From positions 77,190,001 to 77,254,000 of the forward strand of contig NW_027266275.1 of the NCBI RefSeq assembly GCF_022045235.1: a DNA stretch of 64,000 nt, given 5' to 3'. Below the pieces are notes generated by a model. That model had not been told where the DNA came from and did not search any database. It was given only the letters and a program-made list of their open reading frames with translations. Position 1 is the stretch's first letter; each line of letters opens with the position of its first letter. The DNA is from Haliotis cracherodii (taxonomy: Eukaryota). Shown piece by piece: positions 12,601-26,829 of this stretch. The position numbers and the translations under genes were made by a program.

Positions 12601-13252
12601 TCTGTAACTCAGATTCTTCAACATCACTAAGCTGTACCATTCCTCCAGCATGTCTATGTAGTAGACTAATTATCACATTGTTAATATCTTGTTTAATTCT
12701 GAACTCAAAACGGGGCATTTTTGTTTGTGTTACTGCTCCAAGACATACAGTTTGTTTCTCTGCAAGGAGCAGCCTAGATGTTGTCCAGCTTTTCTAAATG
12801 GGTTTTGTTAAAACCCAAGACATAATTACTCCTTTTCTGGAACAAATTTAAAAAAAACCCCAACCCCATTATAACTCTTTTCCTAAAACTAGACCCAACA
12901 CATGATGTGCAGGTTGTTTGTGTTTGAGTGGGATGTGGAAACTATTTTTTGTTGAAGAAAGTTACAGATCAAATGTTTTGTTTCGATTCAGCTGAAAAAT
13001 AACATGATGCAGTGTATGTTACCATGGTTACTGTGTAAGTATATCACATGTTGTCAAGGTTGTTGTACAGTGTCCTTATTATCAACCTTCTTATTGATCT
13101 ACCATTTAAACATTAATGTATCAGAAACATGTTTGCAGCTGTTTGCTATGCAGTGTTCCTTATTAAGCATAACATGAAAGGGGTCCTGGTCTCTGATTTA
13201 GGGGTCCCTAGATTCCGGTAGTACAGGTGCAGGCTTCGAGGACCCCAGGACC

Positions 13253-13732
13253 CAATCTCATTAAAATCAGATCTTAGTTCTCGCTATCACTAAACAAAGA
13301 TCTTAGGACATCCCATTACAGGTCATGTCAGACCGACCTTGCGCGAACTTTGACCGACCAATGGAATGACCAATCAGAAGGCAGCTTTCTTGTGCTTTAC
13401 GGCACTAATTTCGAATTGGCGACTACACTTTGAAACATATTTTGACAAATTCTCGATTACAAATTTGAAACCTGAACAAGATAACATTCTGGATTGGCCA
13501 ATAGATGGTCTAGATTGTATGGATACAGTTGTTAAACCCGTAACTATCGTTCGGAGTTAAAGTTTTCGAGGCTGCATGATTAGAAATCACATTCTGACTA
13601 TCACTTTCATAATCTGGTAAGAGATGCTCTGATTTGTCGGATGAAAGGTCGTTCTGACGTGACCCCAAATGGGATGTCCTCAGATCTTTGTTTAGCGGTA
13701 GTGAGAACTGAGGTCTGATTTTAATGAGATTG
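13253..13732. mobile_element. Non-autonomous DNA transposon (MITE) with long terminal inverted repeats (TIRs) and 9-bp TSD, Mutator-like by TSD length
   Basis: TIR caatctcattaaaatcaga...tctgattttaatgagattg, extending imperfectly ~90 bp; TSD cccaggacc at 13244-13252 and 13733-13741; second copy at 22411-22867. Confidence 0.88.
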
Positions 13733-15237
13733 CCCAGGACCCTTCTTCATGTGTAACTCTCCATGCAGTCTGTAGTTCATGTGAGCTTTCATATACGTCA
13801 TGTACATCTCTGTGTTGGACATAGACTACCAAATAGAAGTTAAGAACATACCATGACAGATTAACTATAGTAATATGAAACAATCTGGTGTTCTTTAACA
13901 TCTTTTGAGTAGTATATAAGAGGCTTTGTATGGATGATTCTTTAGGGATGCTGCCATGGAGGCAGTATTGGATACATCACTTTTCGTACATATTGTGATG
14001 GTTAATATGCAGTTGTAAATATATAACAAAAGAAGTATTTTCACTTTGGTCTTTGTTTAGTTTATGACCTTTGATCTTCTTCTACTGAGTTGTGTACCCT
14101 AGAATCTATTCTCTGAAATCATAGGTTTGGAAGCTGAAATGTTCAGTATTCAAATTTCAATCCTAGTAACACTGTCTCCAACATATTTTGACTAATCTGG
14201 TTTTGAACATTGGCCCAATTTGCAACTTTTGAAAGAATTTCAATCCCGACTTCCAACCATCCAAATGAAACCATTCTGGTGAGGTACAGAACCTGTTTGA
14301 TGCTGTGTTACCCCTTGTTCTGTTGTGCCTGTGTACTTGTCACGCTGTAACCCTGTGTAATGATGTCGTATGTTAGATACATATATACATACATCATACA
14401 ATATTTGTATGTTGAGTAAATAATGAATGATTTTGTAGTTCATTTTCAATCACTTTCCTGTACACAGATTCTACACCAGTTTGTACACAGCAATGTTTCA
14501 GTAGTTTCAGTTTTGTTGTGACGTGTCTGTGACAACACAGTGTTGATGTATTGCTACAAAATATTGTCATGGTATTTCTAATGGTGAATGTATTTGAGGA
14601 GTCATTATGCCATAACAATTTCCTATCTCATGTGAAGTGTGTCTGTGTCAGATGCTGGGCGTGACCTTGACTTACAAAAGTGGGGATCCAGGGGATTCCA
14701 GTTATTAATTTTTAAGGTCCTTGCAAGCAGTATGATGGTCCTGTAAAGTAATGAAGTGGTGTAGTGTACTGTACGTTTTGATCATTACTTTAGAGCCTGG
14801 AATGAATCAGTGATCACATGGACAGTAGTCATGATTTATGGATGAAATAACAGACACTCCTAACTGCTCTTGATGTGCTGTGGGGACAATGACTATTACT
14901 GTGCATCCTTTGGGACGTAGTATGTGTTTTCTCTGTGTCCCATCTCAACATAACTGCATACTGGACTCACATTTGTGTGTCATGTAAAACCCTGCAAAAC
15001 ATAACTGATTGAGTATTGAGTAACAGCGGCAGGGGACTCGTCTTGCAGCAATAATATAGGCACATTCAGATACATTACATTTTGTTTGTTGGTTGACGCC
15101 TCACTCGGCGGCCTGCTTATACAACACATTGGATGCTATGTGGATGAGGATGACAGGTGAAACTGGCTATGCAAGTCAATTGTTTAAATGTATGCCATGT
15201 TAGGTAACCATAGCAACACTACATCTCAATATTCAGT

Positions 15238-15403
15238 GGCCGTATGGTAAGCTAGTGGTTAAAGCGTTCGCTTGTCATGCCGAAGACCAGGTTTGATTCC
15301 ACTTGAGTACATTGTGTGAAGCATTTCTGGTTTCCCCTGCTATGATATTGCTAGAATATTGTTCAAAGCTGTGTAAAACCATGCTCACTCACTCTCTCAC
15401 TCA
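15238..15403 (+). mobile_element. Short tRNA-derived SINE (family C)
   Basis: agctagtggttaaagcg A-box, ggtttgattcc B-box, (ctca)n tail; related pieces near 18050-18143 (-), 28015-28111, 29955-30015 and 63905-64000. Confidence 0.75.
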
Positions 15404-16856
15404 CATTTCAATATTCACAAATTACTGTTATCATATTATTGACTTTAACACGTCAGTATTTCTGAATGTGTGTGTATGTATATGATACATAATTGTAGAA
15501 AAAGAGTAATACTTTTTGTATCTAACATTAAGATGATAGCAGTGAAGGTTTGCTGATACACCCCAGTTCTGTGTGGGGCATTTTTCAGTGGATTGTTGTT
15601 GGGATTGCGATGACAGCTTTGATTGTATACTCCCCAGGGGGTTCAGATTAAAAAAAACAACCTGAATGTACACTGACCCATTGACTGAGGTACCGCATTC
15701 AACGTAATAAGCGCCCAGGGCGCTCTCAAAATTAGAAATAAGGGGCTCTTATTAGAATATAAATTTGGTGAGAGAAAAAAACAGTTGAAAGATCTTGAAT
15801 ATTGTGATTTATGCTGACAGCCTGGAATGATACAAAAGAAAAGTTTGTGCGTATTATACACATGCCATTTCACCATGTTGGCCGTTGATTTCATTTCCAC
15901 ATTGTTATTTCAGGATCAAGACTTCCGGCTTTGAGGGTCAATTCACCAATACAAGATCACCAAAATGTCACCACAATACGGAATGGAACTGAAGAAAATA
16001 AACATGAATCATTGTGATCTCAATTCATCAACATCATAATCATCATTCAATTGAAATCCACAGACATCCACCTGCCGATGTTGTTAATGTGAGTTGTGTG
16101 ACATCTGGAGAACAGTTCGTGTCGTTCCCATCTCCTACCCAGAGTTCCAAGTAGCCAGCCTGGTACCTCCACCACAGACCAGAGACATGGGATGATCTGT
16201 CACATTTTACACAGTCCATTCAAGATACTGCATCTGTTTGTCATCTGTTTCATTTTTCACAAGTCTACACATTTAGATAAAGATATATCATAGAGTGGTT
16301 GACATTCATTGAGAAAATATCATATTTGCATATTTTCCTTTGTTTACATTGGTTATTCGTCTCCACGTGCTATCATCGAAGCCCTACTTCGATGTTTAAA
16401 GATACATTTCATGCAACTCACTGTTGCAGTTGTAGCAGCATATCTATATAATTATGCATATCTAAAATATCTAAAGCGCACTGAAAGCTTCCATGAGGCC
16501 TGTACTGATTTCAGAATAAGCATGTTTGTTTACAAACAAGAAAGTCTGGTCACGTGATATGCAAATTAGCCTGTGGCAATGGTGTAATGCTGTCATCACT
16601 GCACCCTTGTCATGCTAAGGAGCCAGTGGATGCAAACAAGTTGGCCCATATTTTGAGAGGAATATGAAATTTGTCACGTTATTACATACGACTAAAAAGT
16701 TATGTAATGCGAAAGAATTGGGTGATCCTTAACGTTTTTTTAGTCATATATGTAGAATTGGTTTTGATTTGTTGCTAAGTTATTCTGTATTTTTCCTGTT
16801 ATACTTACCTGTTGTCGGTCAATAGAGCAACGTGTGAATCTAAGTGTGAGAACACT

Positions 16857-17327
16857 GTGGGGATTCTGGGTTAGAATAGGTCACCAGCCACCTATACATG
16901 ATGCATCATACCCCAGTGATGCGAGATGTTGCTCTTATTATCAGTCACTCAATTGTCTGGTCCAGACTTGATATATTTTACAGGCTGCTGTCATACAGCT
17001 GAGACACCGCGAACTGCGGCAGTAAACAACCGTGTGTGGGAACTGAGCAGACTGTGTGTTTGTTTGTTTGTTTGTTGTTTAATGCATCACTCAGCAATAT
17101 TCCAGCTATATGACAGTGGTCGGTAAATAATCGAGTCTGGACCAGACAAATTCAGTGATTTACATCATGGGCATTGAGCTACGCATTTGAGACACAATGA
17201 CATGCATCAACCAAGTCAGCGAGTCTGACCACCCAATCCTGTTAGTCACCTCTTATGACAAGCATCGTTGCCCTTTATGGCAAACATGGTTGCTGAAGAC
17301 CTATTCTAACCCGGATCTTCACAGGTT
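16857..17327. mobile_element. Two family B retroposons tail-to-tail (16857-17030 +, ~17054-17327 -)
   Basis: Second copy flanked by TSD ctgagcagact (17043-17053, 17328-17338). Confidence 0.8.
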
Positions 17328-19500
17328 CTGAGCAGACTAAGATTCATGTGCTGAAACAAGGATTTTAAGGTGCAAGATCAGATTTACTCAGAGGGTGTTG
17401 TTGTGCTTGTTCATCTACACATTTTTTTTACCAACCACATTTAACATGTTTAATGCTATGAATGTTATAGTTTGAGGCTAGTTTCCAGGTCAGGTATTGT
17501 GATTGTACATATTTGCCATGAAAAATCTTAATGATGTGTGGAAACTTGATTCATGACATTGTGATGACTCTACTTATAGTTGATAACCCTGTTGGGATGA
17601 CCTTTTATCATTATAAATAATAATATAATAGTTATAATAACTGTTCCATTTTTTCACATTAAATAATACTCATTGTATTTCGAAAAACTTCACATCTGAC
17701 TTTGCTCCTTTAAGTCATGACTTTAATACATACAGACGAATACATTCCAGTTTTTAATTATTAAAATAGAATTTGAGTTTGGGGGGACAGTATTCTGCAT
17801 TCATCAAGCCTCATACCTGGTAATCCAGATTAATCAGGTTCCACTACATGTACAGAGATGGGATATTCATATTACTGTGGGAATAAATATTTTGTTTACT
17901 GGGTTTCATCTAGTTTGGTTCTACTTTGATGTCTCAAGAGCGATGTCTCCAGATCCCTCTGATCATTATTGGGTATATCCTTGGTCACCAGTACACACCA
18001 CTTGTCATACGAAGGTGATTATCTGGGGGCCTAGGATTTGACACAAAAAATGGGCTTCACACATTGTATCCATGTCGGGAATCGAACCTGGGTCTTTGGC
18101 GTGATGAGTGAATACTTTCACCACTAGGCTACCCAACTGCCCCTTTTCACTATGACAATCCACATCATATGCTTGATGATGAGCATATGTTCACACTGAA
18201 GCAATCCTTAATCATGGTAATCTATGAATGAAAAGAAACACATTGAATAAGAATTGATTTTATGTTGTGAAAATATATTGTTAGATATGACATGTTTACA
18301 GATGATAAATCAAGAATGAATTGTGAGCACTAAGATCTGTTTTTGTGAGACTGGATCTGGGGTAGCACACCCATACAAATACAGTCGTATCCACACCAAT
18401 TATTCACACGCCACTGCTTGAGAACCACTTGTTTTGCACTAGTCAAACAACCAGCTCAAAGACTACACATCCTATCTGTGAGCTTCTGATCATCAACATA
18501 CAGAGATATTAGATACGGACATTGTGAAGCCATAACAAAGATATTTTTATAACCAGCTAACCAGATGACTGCTGACCTCAAGTTTACACATTCATATTTG
18601 AAACTATGCAAAAAAATGTAAACGGAAAATAAAATACTTAGGCCATTTAAAAATTTGATCCCACTTGATAAATTGTTGAGGTTTTGCATCTATTTGAAAA
18701 TTTGACAATTAGATGAAACGGATCTAATAAATATGCAAATATATTTGAATTGATTGATAAACCAAAACTGTTCCATTCAGTGTGGTTAATTTATACAGAG
18801 ATTAAAAATATCAGCCAGTCAGGTGTCACCTCATTTACCATGCCTAACAAACATATCCTGCTCAATCATGCTAGGAATATATGAGTTTTTTGGTATGTGA
18901 AAAAGTCTTTCTGGAATGACAAAGACTACTGCTATTTGTTGCTTTGGAATACCTAGTTTCCATCATACGAGGTGAAAATGGAGCAGGTTTATAGACGACA
19001 TCTATCCTGTATAGGTAGTCATCAGGCACCCATTCCAAGCGCTGCTCAATCCGGGATTAATGAGCTGTAAATTATTGTGCTCATTTTGGTACCTTAGGGT
19101 TTTCTACACACATACCCATTGGTAGTAACACCAGTGACCTGTGATGACAGGGAATTCCATTGTTCATTGTAAGGTCACATGTTACTTTAGGTCTTCAAGC
19201 CCTTGGGTATTGCTTGATGGCTTCCTTTAGCTGAGCTGCCTCCTGGGAGCCTTTGATGGTTTCCACTTGGATGGACTGTGCAGCGCCATGACTGTCTACT
19301 TCGCCGAACAGAGCTGAAGTTCTCAGAAACCATAGCAACTACAAATTGAATGTTGTATTTCAGCCAGAAGTGGTTTCCAGTGTTTAGCACCGTAGACCAA
19401 CCATGTTCACCGTCAATGGTTGATTTAATCCCATGACCAAACTGAGGTACATCAGGGCAGAATAGAACACTGAACTATACACATATAAACACACCTTGTG

Positions 19501-22500
19501 TTATCTAGCTGACTTGGATGTGCTTGGTTCAGTATCTTCTGATAGATCTGAAAACGTACATACAGGCATTAATCTCATGTAGACAAGTCTGGTATCTGCC
19601 TACACAGCCTATCACTGATAATTGTTTAAACCGCTGTTACAATGAAAGATCATTGTTTGATCATGTAAAGTACATTCACATCCCCCAATAATATTCTGTA
19701 GACCACTCATGTCACAGAATTGGAGGCAGCATCTTCATTTCAGGCAACAAATCTAAACAGCATTATTATAGGTTGTAAATTTGTCATTAACATAATAACA
19801 ATCTGCCCGACATATCTGGCTGTGCTGTAAGTCTGATAGAAACTTGTAAACTTGTTTTGGGCACCAGTATGTCCGTCATTCTCAATCTATTACTTATGTT
19901 CCTGTATCAAAATAATCGTTTCTACCTTTTGTGTTGTCAGGTCGTCGTTTCCTACTTTTCAGAAATGGCTGATGGAACACGTCATGGAGGCGCTGGGCCT
20001 GAAGTAGATATAAACACTCTCTAGACAAATGATGTAACAAATAATGAAGCCAGCAAATACTGATCTAAGAGACAAACATTGCTGTACTCACAGTATGCCC
20101 AGCTCCAGTTACTGCCCCATGACCCACTTTTACATCAAACAATAAGAAATCTTTATAAGCACCCCTACAAATACCAGATATTTACATGACAGTCCATACA
20201 GATTTATTTTATGAACAACTGCAGCACAGAAGGGGTATATATTTGCCTAATAACTATTATCAAAAAGGTTTCAGTATCATCGCCATTTGAACTTTGTTTA
20301 TCACTGCTCGATCTCTGAAAACAAATTTAACTTGTTGCGTATAGTTTTAATAGGAGCTCCCTTTGTCAATTTTTCTATGTGACTGAGGTGCTTATTACGG
20401 CAAATACGGTATATGCACGTTTCTAAGAGATAAAAATTATGTCTTTCAGATTTACATGTGTTAGAGTACTGTTCATCAGGGATGGAAGTCAGTAAAAGCC
20501 TCACAGCTTCTCACAGTACATACATGACTTAGAGTAGTTGATGCTTGGACCAAAGATGTAAACAGAACAACTCGGGCAGGAGAGCTTCAAAGATTAATAA
20601 ATGTTAAAAAGCTATCAGCTGACAGACATTTGTTTGCCTCATACCTTCTGAGGTCCAAACCCTGGACACAGCGACAGCTCCTCCCTTCCCGCCTTCATCA
20701 CCTTCTCTAGGCTCTGTCATATAACAAGTAATGGAAGTTCAAGGTCATCACATAGCAAGTTCAAGGTCATCATATAGCAAGTTCAAGGTCATTAGTCAAC
20801 AGTATTTAGAAACAACACAGCTATTAACTCTTCAATTGCACATTCAAAAAGTTGTTTGTTTACTCATCAGATCTTACATAATTTATGGGAAAGAATAACC
20901 TGATCTGTGTACAAGGAAGGCAGCCTGGATGAACTTGTGAAGCTATCACTGATGAATATATCGCATGACAAGGTTGAGCAACTCACCCCAAACGTGGTCA
21001 TGAGGGTCATACAGTCTGTTTTGTTGACAGACTTCACAGTCGTCAGGCAATCTGTCATCTGTCAACAACAAAAATAATGGGAGGTGGAAATGATAACACC
21101 AATGAAAAACCTGTGCCATGTCTTTCAGTCCTTACATGGGCTTCATGGGTTTTGAACTATTTCCAGACACACACCCTGTGGGGTTTAGAGTAGATCCCTA
21201 CCATCAATGCTGGTTGTAAGACGTGATATAAGGACTGGGTGGTCAGACTCGTGACTTGGCGAAAACGTGTCAGCCTACCCTGATGGCCTGGGTTGTCATA
21301 TCCATGATATATCATAACATCAATCACTGGACTGTGGCCCAGAATTGATGATTTACAACAAACACACAGTTACCTTAGCCATGAAGTTGTTCTCTGTTCT
21401 CTCCATGATCGCTTCTGGTGGTTTGTTCTCATACACCTTGTACGTCTCCAGATACCTCCCTGCCTCCTCCGGGCTGGCCATCACAAACAGAGATGGAACC
21501 TTTTAGCCACTTATGAAAACATGTCTTAAAAACACTTTCAACCACTAGTGGAGATAACACATCTTTAAAAACCTTTCAGCAATTAGTGGAAACGCTCAAC
21601 ACTTTTTGCACACTTTCAGCCACATACCACTGAAAAAGGATCCAAAAAATGTTTAAATCATATCTATAGAAATTCAGCATAGGCCTTTCTGGGTGAACAA
21701 ACAAGGAAATGCAATGCCAGATCATGCATCTGATCTAGAGACTGATCTAAGACTAGAGGACCCATGGAGATCTGGGCTACAATAGGTCTTCAGCAACCTA
21801 TGCTTGCCGTAAGAGGCGACTAGCGGGATCGGGTGGTCAGGCTTGCTGACTTGGTTAATGTCATTGTATCCCAATTGGGTGGATAGATGCTCATGATATC
21901 AATTACTGGATTGTCTGGTTCAGACTTAATTATTAACAGACCGCCATCAAATGGCTGGATATTGCTGAGTGCAGTGTTAAACAACAAACAAATCTAAGAC
22001 TACAGTCACCTGAAAGCTAGCATGAGAGTGCAGTCGGCCAGAATACACATCTTGGCCAGGTCCTTCAACAGGTGGTGAGGGTCTTTCTGCAATAAACAGG
22101 AAGTGAGGAACTATTTACCGAAGGAAATTCCTGCCATGGATCAGTTCATTGCTGTACGCCTCTCATTATGTCAACACATACACAGGATACAGTATAATAG
22201 GTGCTGGGAATTGGTTATAAAATCATGATCATCACCGAAATTATTCGGTTAGCGACATGTTGTTGTTTTTCAATGTAAAGTTCAGTACTACAACATTAGC
22301 AGGTCTAACCTGTGAATCGGGTTGAAGACTGCAATACCTACAAGTTTAGGGAGCAGTTCAGAAGTTCTATGTTCTTTAAAAATCTTTAGTCCTTAAAATT
22401 GGGGGTGAAGCAATCTCATTAAAATCAGATCTTAGATCTCGCTATCGCTAATTAAAGATCTGAGGACATCCCATTACGGGTCACGTCAGAACGACCTTTC

Positions 22501-25500
22501 ATCCAACCAGTCAGAGCGTCGCTTACCAGATCATGAAAGTGACACACGGAATGTGTTTTCTAATCACGCAACCTCGAAATATTTAACAGAGGGTATTCCG
22601 AACGACAGTTACAGGTTTTATGATTATATCCATACAACATAAGCCATTCCAGAATGTTCTTTTTATCAGTTTTAAAAATTTTAATCGAGATCGTCAAAAT
22701 ATGTTTTGAAGCGTAGTTGCCAGTTTGAAACTAGTGTCGTAAAGCTCGAGAAAGCTGCCTTCTGATTGGCTAATATCAGTCATTTCACTGATCGGTCGAA
22801 GTTCGCGAAAGGTCGTTCTGATATGAACCCTAATGGGATGTCCTAAGATCTGATTTTAATGAGACTGGGGGTGAAGGGATAAAATTGTTTTCAATTTTCT
22901 TTTCAACAAAGCAATCTTTTTCAGGGAATCACTAGTTCAAGTCAAAGTCAGTTTTGTCAAACATAACGATTGAAAGTAGTTCTAGAATGAGGCTCGCCAA
23001 TACACCAGTCAGCCAGTTTCCATCACATTTCTACATGGATATGTTCAACTCACAGAGATTACAATTGCCTAACTATGATCAACTCACAATATCAACTTGG
23101 ACAAGCAGCACCCTCAGATCAAAACTCTTGCCCAGAAGCTGAAGCCGTTTGTGGACATATTCTGGGTTTAGCTGATGATATCGAAGACTGAAAGAAAACA
23201 AACTGTGTTGATAAACATGTCACAAACACCTGGTAATGTGATTTCATTTCTTTGTTTGTTGTTTGTAAGTAAAATACAACAGTAGACTGCAAATAATGGA
23301 GCCTGCACCAGACAATCTAGTGATTCATTAATATGAGCGATGCCCCTTGCCGTCGGGTAATATGACATGCGATAAACTAATAATAAACATAATAGTTTTG
23401 GGGTCAAGGATCAGCTTTATCATTTAAAGTGACGTCATCAGGATTACCAATTTCAAGATCAACGAATCATGGGTACTACTAGGATCCCTTTGATTAAGTA
23501 TTGACACTACAGTTGTAGATGCTAAGTGTCTTGACTGACAAGGCCCAGGCTAACAAGGTGACACTAAACTATCCACCACGTCCTTCATCTACATCTGAAA
23601 ATCTCAAAGCCCTCCCTGAATTTATTACAGTGATCCCTAGCTACAACGCTACCCTTGGGGTCCAAATAACTGATGAGAGTTATAAGACCGACGTGGAGTC
23701 GTAGGGGGTACATGACCAACAAAACAGTATACATGCTCTGCCTACCTAACACCATCTAGGTTTCACGTTGCAGCATTTGAAAAAGATTAGAATAGTAGTT
23801 GTTTATGATTCATAGCGTAAACAAAACATTGATCGAGTTTTATGCGCTTTGTACAGCAAATTCTGGTGAACGAACTAGTGTAACTAAATGTCTGAGATAT
23901 CTGCTGTAAAGACACACCTGAGGAACAGCGCACATGTTGATTGCCCCATAACGTAATCTGGTACAATGTTCCCGTATTCCCAGGGTATGTTTCTCACATG
24001 CTTCAATATGGGGTTTCCTCTCTGAAATAATATTGAAACATTCATAGATTTACATTCATATTATTAGAGTGAGTGAGTGGGTTGGTGAGTGAGTGAGTGA
24101 TTGAGTCTTTACACCAGTCACAAATATTATACCCATATGTCTGTCATCTCATGGCATCCTGTAACCAGCCAGGTCTGAAATTAGCATGAGGAATGATGAC
24201 ACTGAATCAGCCAGGGTACAAACTATAACTACCCGATTATCATTTCAGACCTTGCTTTCAATATCACAATAGAATGGAGAGTTAATACACTGGACAATCG
24301 AGGATAGCAATGTTCTAGCTAAGGCATAAGCAATGATCCATGATGATGCTGTGACATCAGCCAGGTAACACTGAACCATCCAACCTCCCTTTCGAGTCGC
24401 TTACAACCATGATGAGGCGGCGTCACATAAACAAAGATTCTTACATGAATTTGGAAATGACTCAATTCTGACTGGTAAATCAGAGGTATCAAATCACAAT
24501 AACTACCTGAACACCGTTGGTTTATCTCCAAAATACTTACCTGTCTCTGGTTAACAATCAGGGAGTTTGTTTTTCCTATTTTAGCAAGTGTTGGTAGAGA
24601 TCTGTAAACAGAACATAACAATGATAGCAACTGAATGACCAACCACACTGACCGTACCTTGCTGTTTCAGTACAACGTAATGCTGACATCAGCTTCTAAG
24701 TGTAGCTATAAGCGATTTGGCCTAAAGCATTATAATCAGCAATCCCATACCGCAACTTGTGTATAACTTACAAAGTCGTTTTTAAATTTGGTCGATTTGT
24801 TGTTCGCATTCAAAATAGTTAACTAAATATTTACCAGTATAGTCTACGTAGCTTTGAGTCTACTACACCCAACTTGTATTTTGCAATTATTTTCAGAAGA
24901 TATTAGTTTTAGTATAGGGATTAGTACAAGCTGATCTTACTTTACTAGACAGGGGGTTCGGACTAGTGGACAAAGTCACAGACTGCCAATGTGCCTGTTG
25001 CATTATAGCAGGATAGAAAGAGAGTAATTGCTTTACATGTTGCAAAGAAACAGGATGTTTTTTTTCCATCTCATCTATCATTGTGATCAATATACTTTCG
25101 TGATAAGTTAAAAAAATGTAAAACTTAAAACTCCAAATTTGTATTGTTTTCTTTCTTTGTTTGACAACACTATCTTTTTTGTACCCGGTACAAATCTTTA
25201 GACATCAAGGAATCATAAAAAAGAACATTAGGAAGTCCATTGTTTGGGGATTAGACGTTAAGTTTTCTGGAAGTATGGTATTTCAAATGATATTGGCTAT
25301 GGTATTTACTTCTCCAATAGTCATGGATTATCACTGCAGCTGCAACACAAATATTAACATGGTCAGTACCTAATGTGAAAGATACCTACTCTACAGGTTG
25401 TTCTTCCGCTAATTTCTCTGCTTCCTTTTGTAAACATGTGGATTTTGCTGCAACATCCAGCTTACTAGCTGTCACTTTTGTCAAATTGTTAGCTGTTTCT

Positions 25501-26829
25501 GATTTGCTAACACCTTCTTTTGCAGAATTTATATTTTTATCTGAAACAAAATTGTTAAGTAAAGTAAAGCAGTCAATAAATCATTATGGCTGATACATGA
25601 TGGTATTTAATCAGTTATGGTACTGATCAGTTACCTGTATCAGTTTTGTTTCAAAAAGAGGTCAATTAGCAAGATTAGCTTTAGAGTACACAATTCAATA
25701 TGAATAAATTATATATGATGATAAACATGATAAAGAAGGAAATGGATTGGGATTTCAGGTATAGCTGGCTTTGAATTTGATATGCATGGGAAGAGATTTT
25801 TTCTACATTGTGAATAGAATAACACAGAGGATGATTAACTGCTGTGTTTATTCTCTTAATCTGCAGAAGGATATCATGTAAATACATAACATAAGATGTA
25901 GATGGATTGATCTCCTAGTGCAGGAAAACATGTGGACTTTTCAGAGTTTTATTGTACCATTACTGGATGCAGCCTTTGTGTCTGTTGAGACTGAGCTTGA
26001 TGGGTGTGTGTTGGAGTTGCTACTGTTGGTTGGCAGTCTTTTCTGTGGTAAGCTGGAAGCTACTGATGGTAGCACTTGCTTGGGCAATACACCATCACTC
26101 TTAGACTCATTGACAGTCTTAAAGAGAGGCTTGACTCCTTTCTGTAAAGAATACATAGTGACACAGATCATTAGTGCAACTGCGGACTCAACAAACAATG
26201 TACACTGAACTTCTACATTGTCTTGTTTACTTCTCAGATTAGCAACTGCACTCATTTGCTTGGGTCATACTATATTGCAATACGACTGTCCTGAGTGCAT
26301 ATTTAACACCCTGGCGCATTATTATGTCATATTTAATGTTTTTGATAGGATTATTCTTGTTTATCTCCAATTACAATTGCTTTCAGTTTAGTGACAGCAG
26401 TGCACAGACACCACAAAATAGACAAACGTAAACTACCCTATAGCCATTTAACTAATTTTGCAATACTGTGTAGAAATTAATTTATGTAATGCACTATTAT
26501 CAACGAACCACAGATTTCAATCAGTTTTGTGTCAACCAGAAAAAGAGGAATTAGTGTGTTACGTAATAGGGGAATGGTAGCGGCTATAAAATTTTCTTGC
26601 CCCGTGATGGGATTCGAACCACGGTCGGACGCCTTGTCCACATACTCCGTCAGTAGGCCGACAAGGTGAGGATGTCATCTGTGGGATGACTCCTCGCCCG
26701 ACCCTGCTACATCAGCAAAATGATACAGATGAACCTGTACTGCTGACTGTTGACACTCACTTTCAAACCTGATTCGGCTTTGTCTTTCTCATCTAGTGTT
26801 GGAATTCTAAACCTTCCTTTTCCAGCCAT
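19501..26829 (-). CDS. ERCC1: DNA excision repair protein ERCC1, 12 coding exons
   Basis: Exons 26829-26761, 26141-25958, 25540-25390, 24601-24541, 24021-23918, 23187-23088, 22086-22010, 21473-21374, 21058-20987, 20713-20645, 19998-19926, 19547-19501 (TAA). Translation has [64 protein letters not shown] and [13 protein letters not shown]. The first three low-complexity exons and the last exon are less certain. Confidence 0.93.
20736..20793. repeat. 22-bp tandem repeat, ~2.7 copies, in an ERCC1 intron
   Basis: aagttcaaggtcatcacatagc repeated. Confidence 0.8.
21759..21991 (+). mobile_element. Full-length family B retroposon with TSD
   Basis: gacccatggagatctgg head, (aaac)n tail; TSD core atctaagacta at 21745-21755 and 21992-22002. 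Confidence 0.88.
22411..22867. mobile_element. Second copy of the 9-bp-TSD MITE, inverted relative to 13253-13732
   Basis: Same TIR; TSD ggggtgaag at 22402-22410 and 22868-22876. Confidence 0.88.
26557..26711. other. 155-bp TGT..ACA-bounded element with a Pol III B-box and a strong branched hairpin, ERCC1 intron 1
   Basis: ggttcgaatcc on the minus strand at 26610-26620; stems 26623-26631/26695-26703, 26632-26638/26660-26666 and 26674-26679/26685-26690. Confidence 0.45.

Noticed and set aside
26623-26703. HDV-like ribozyme suggested by tcctcgc
   Set aside because: No P3 3' strand after the loop and no GG/P4/J4-2 elements following.
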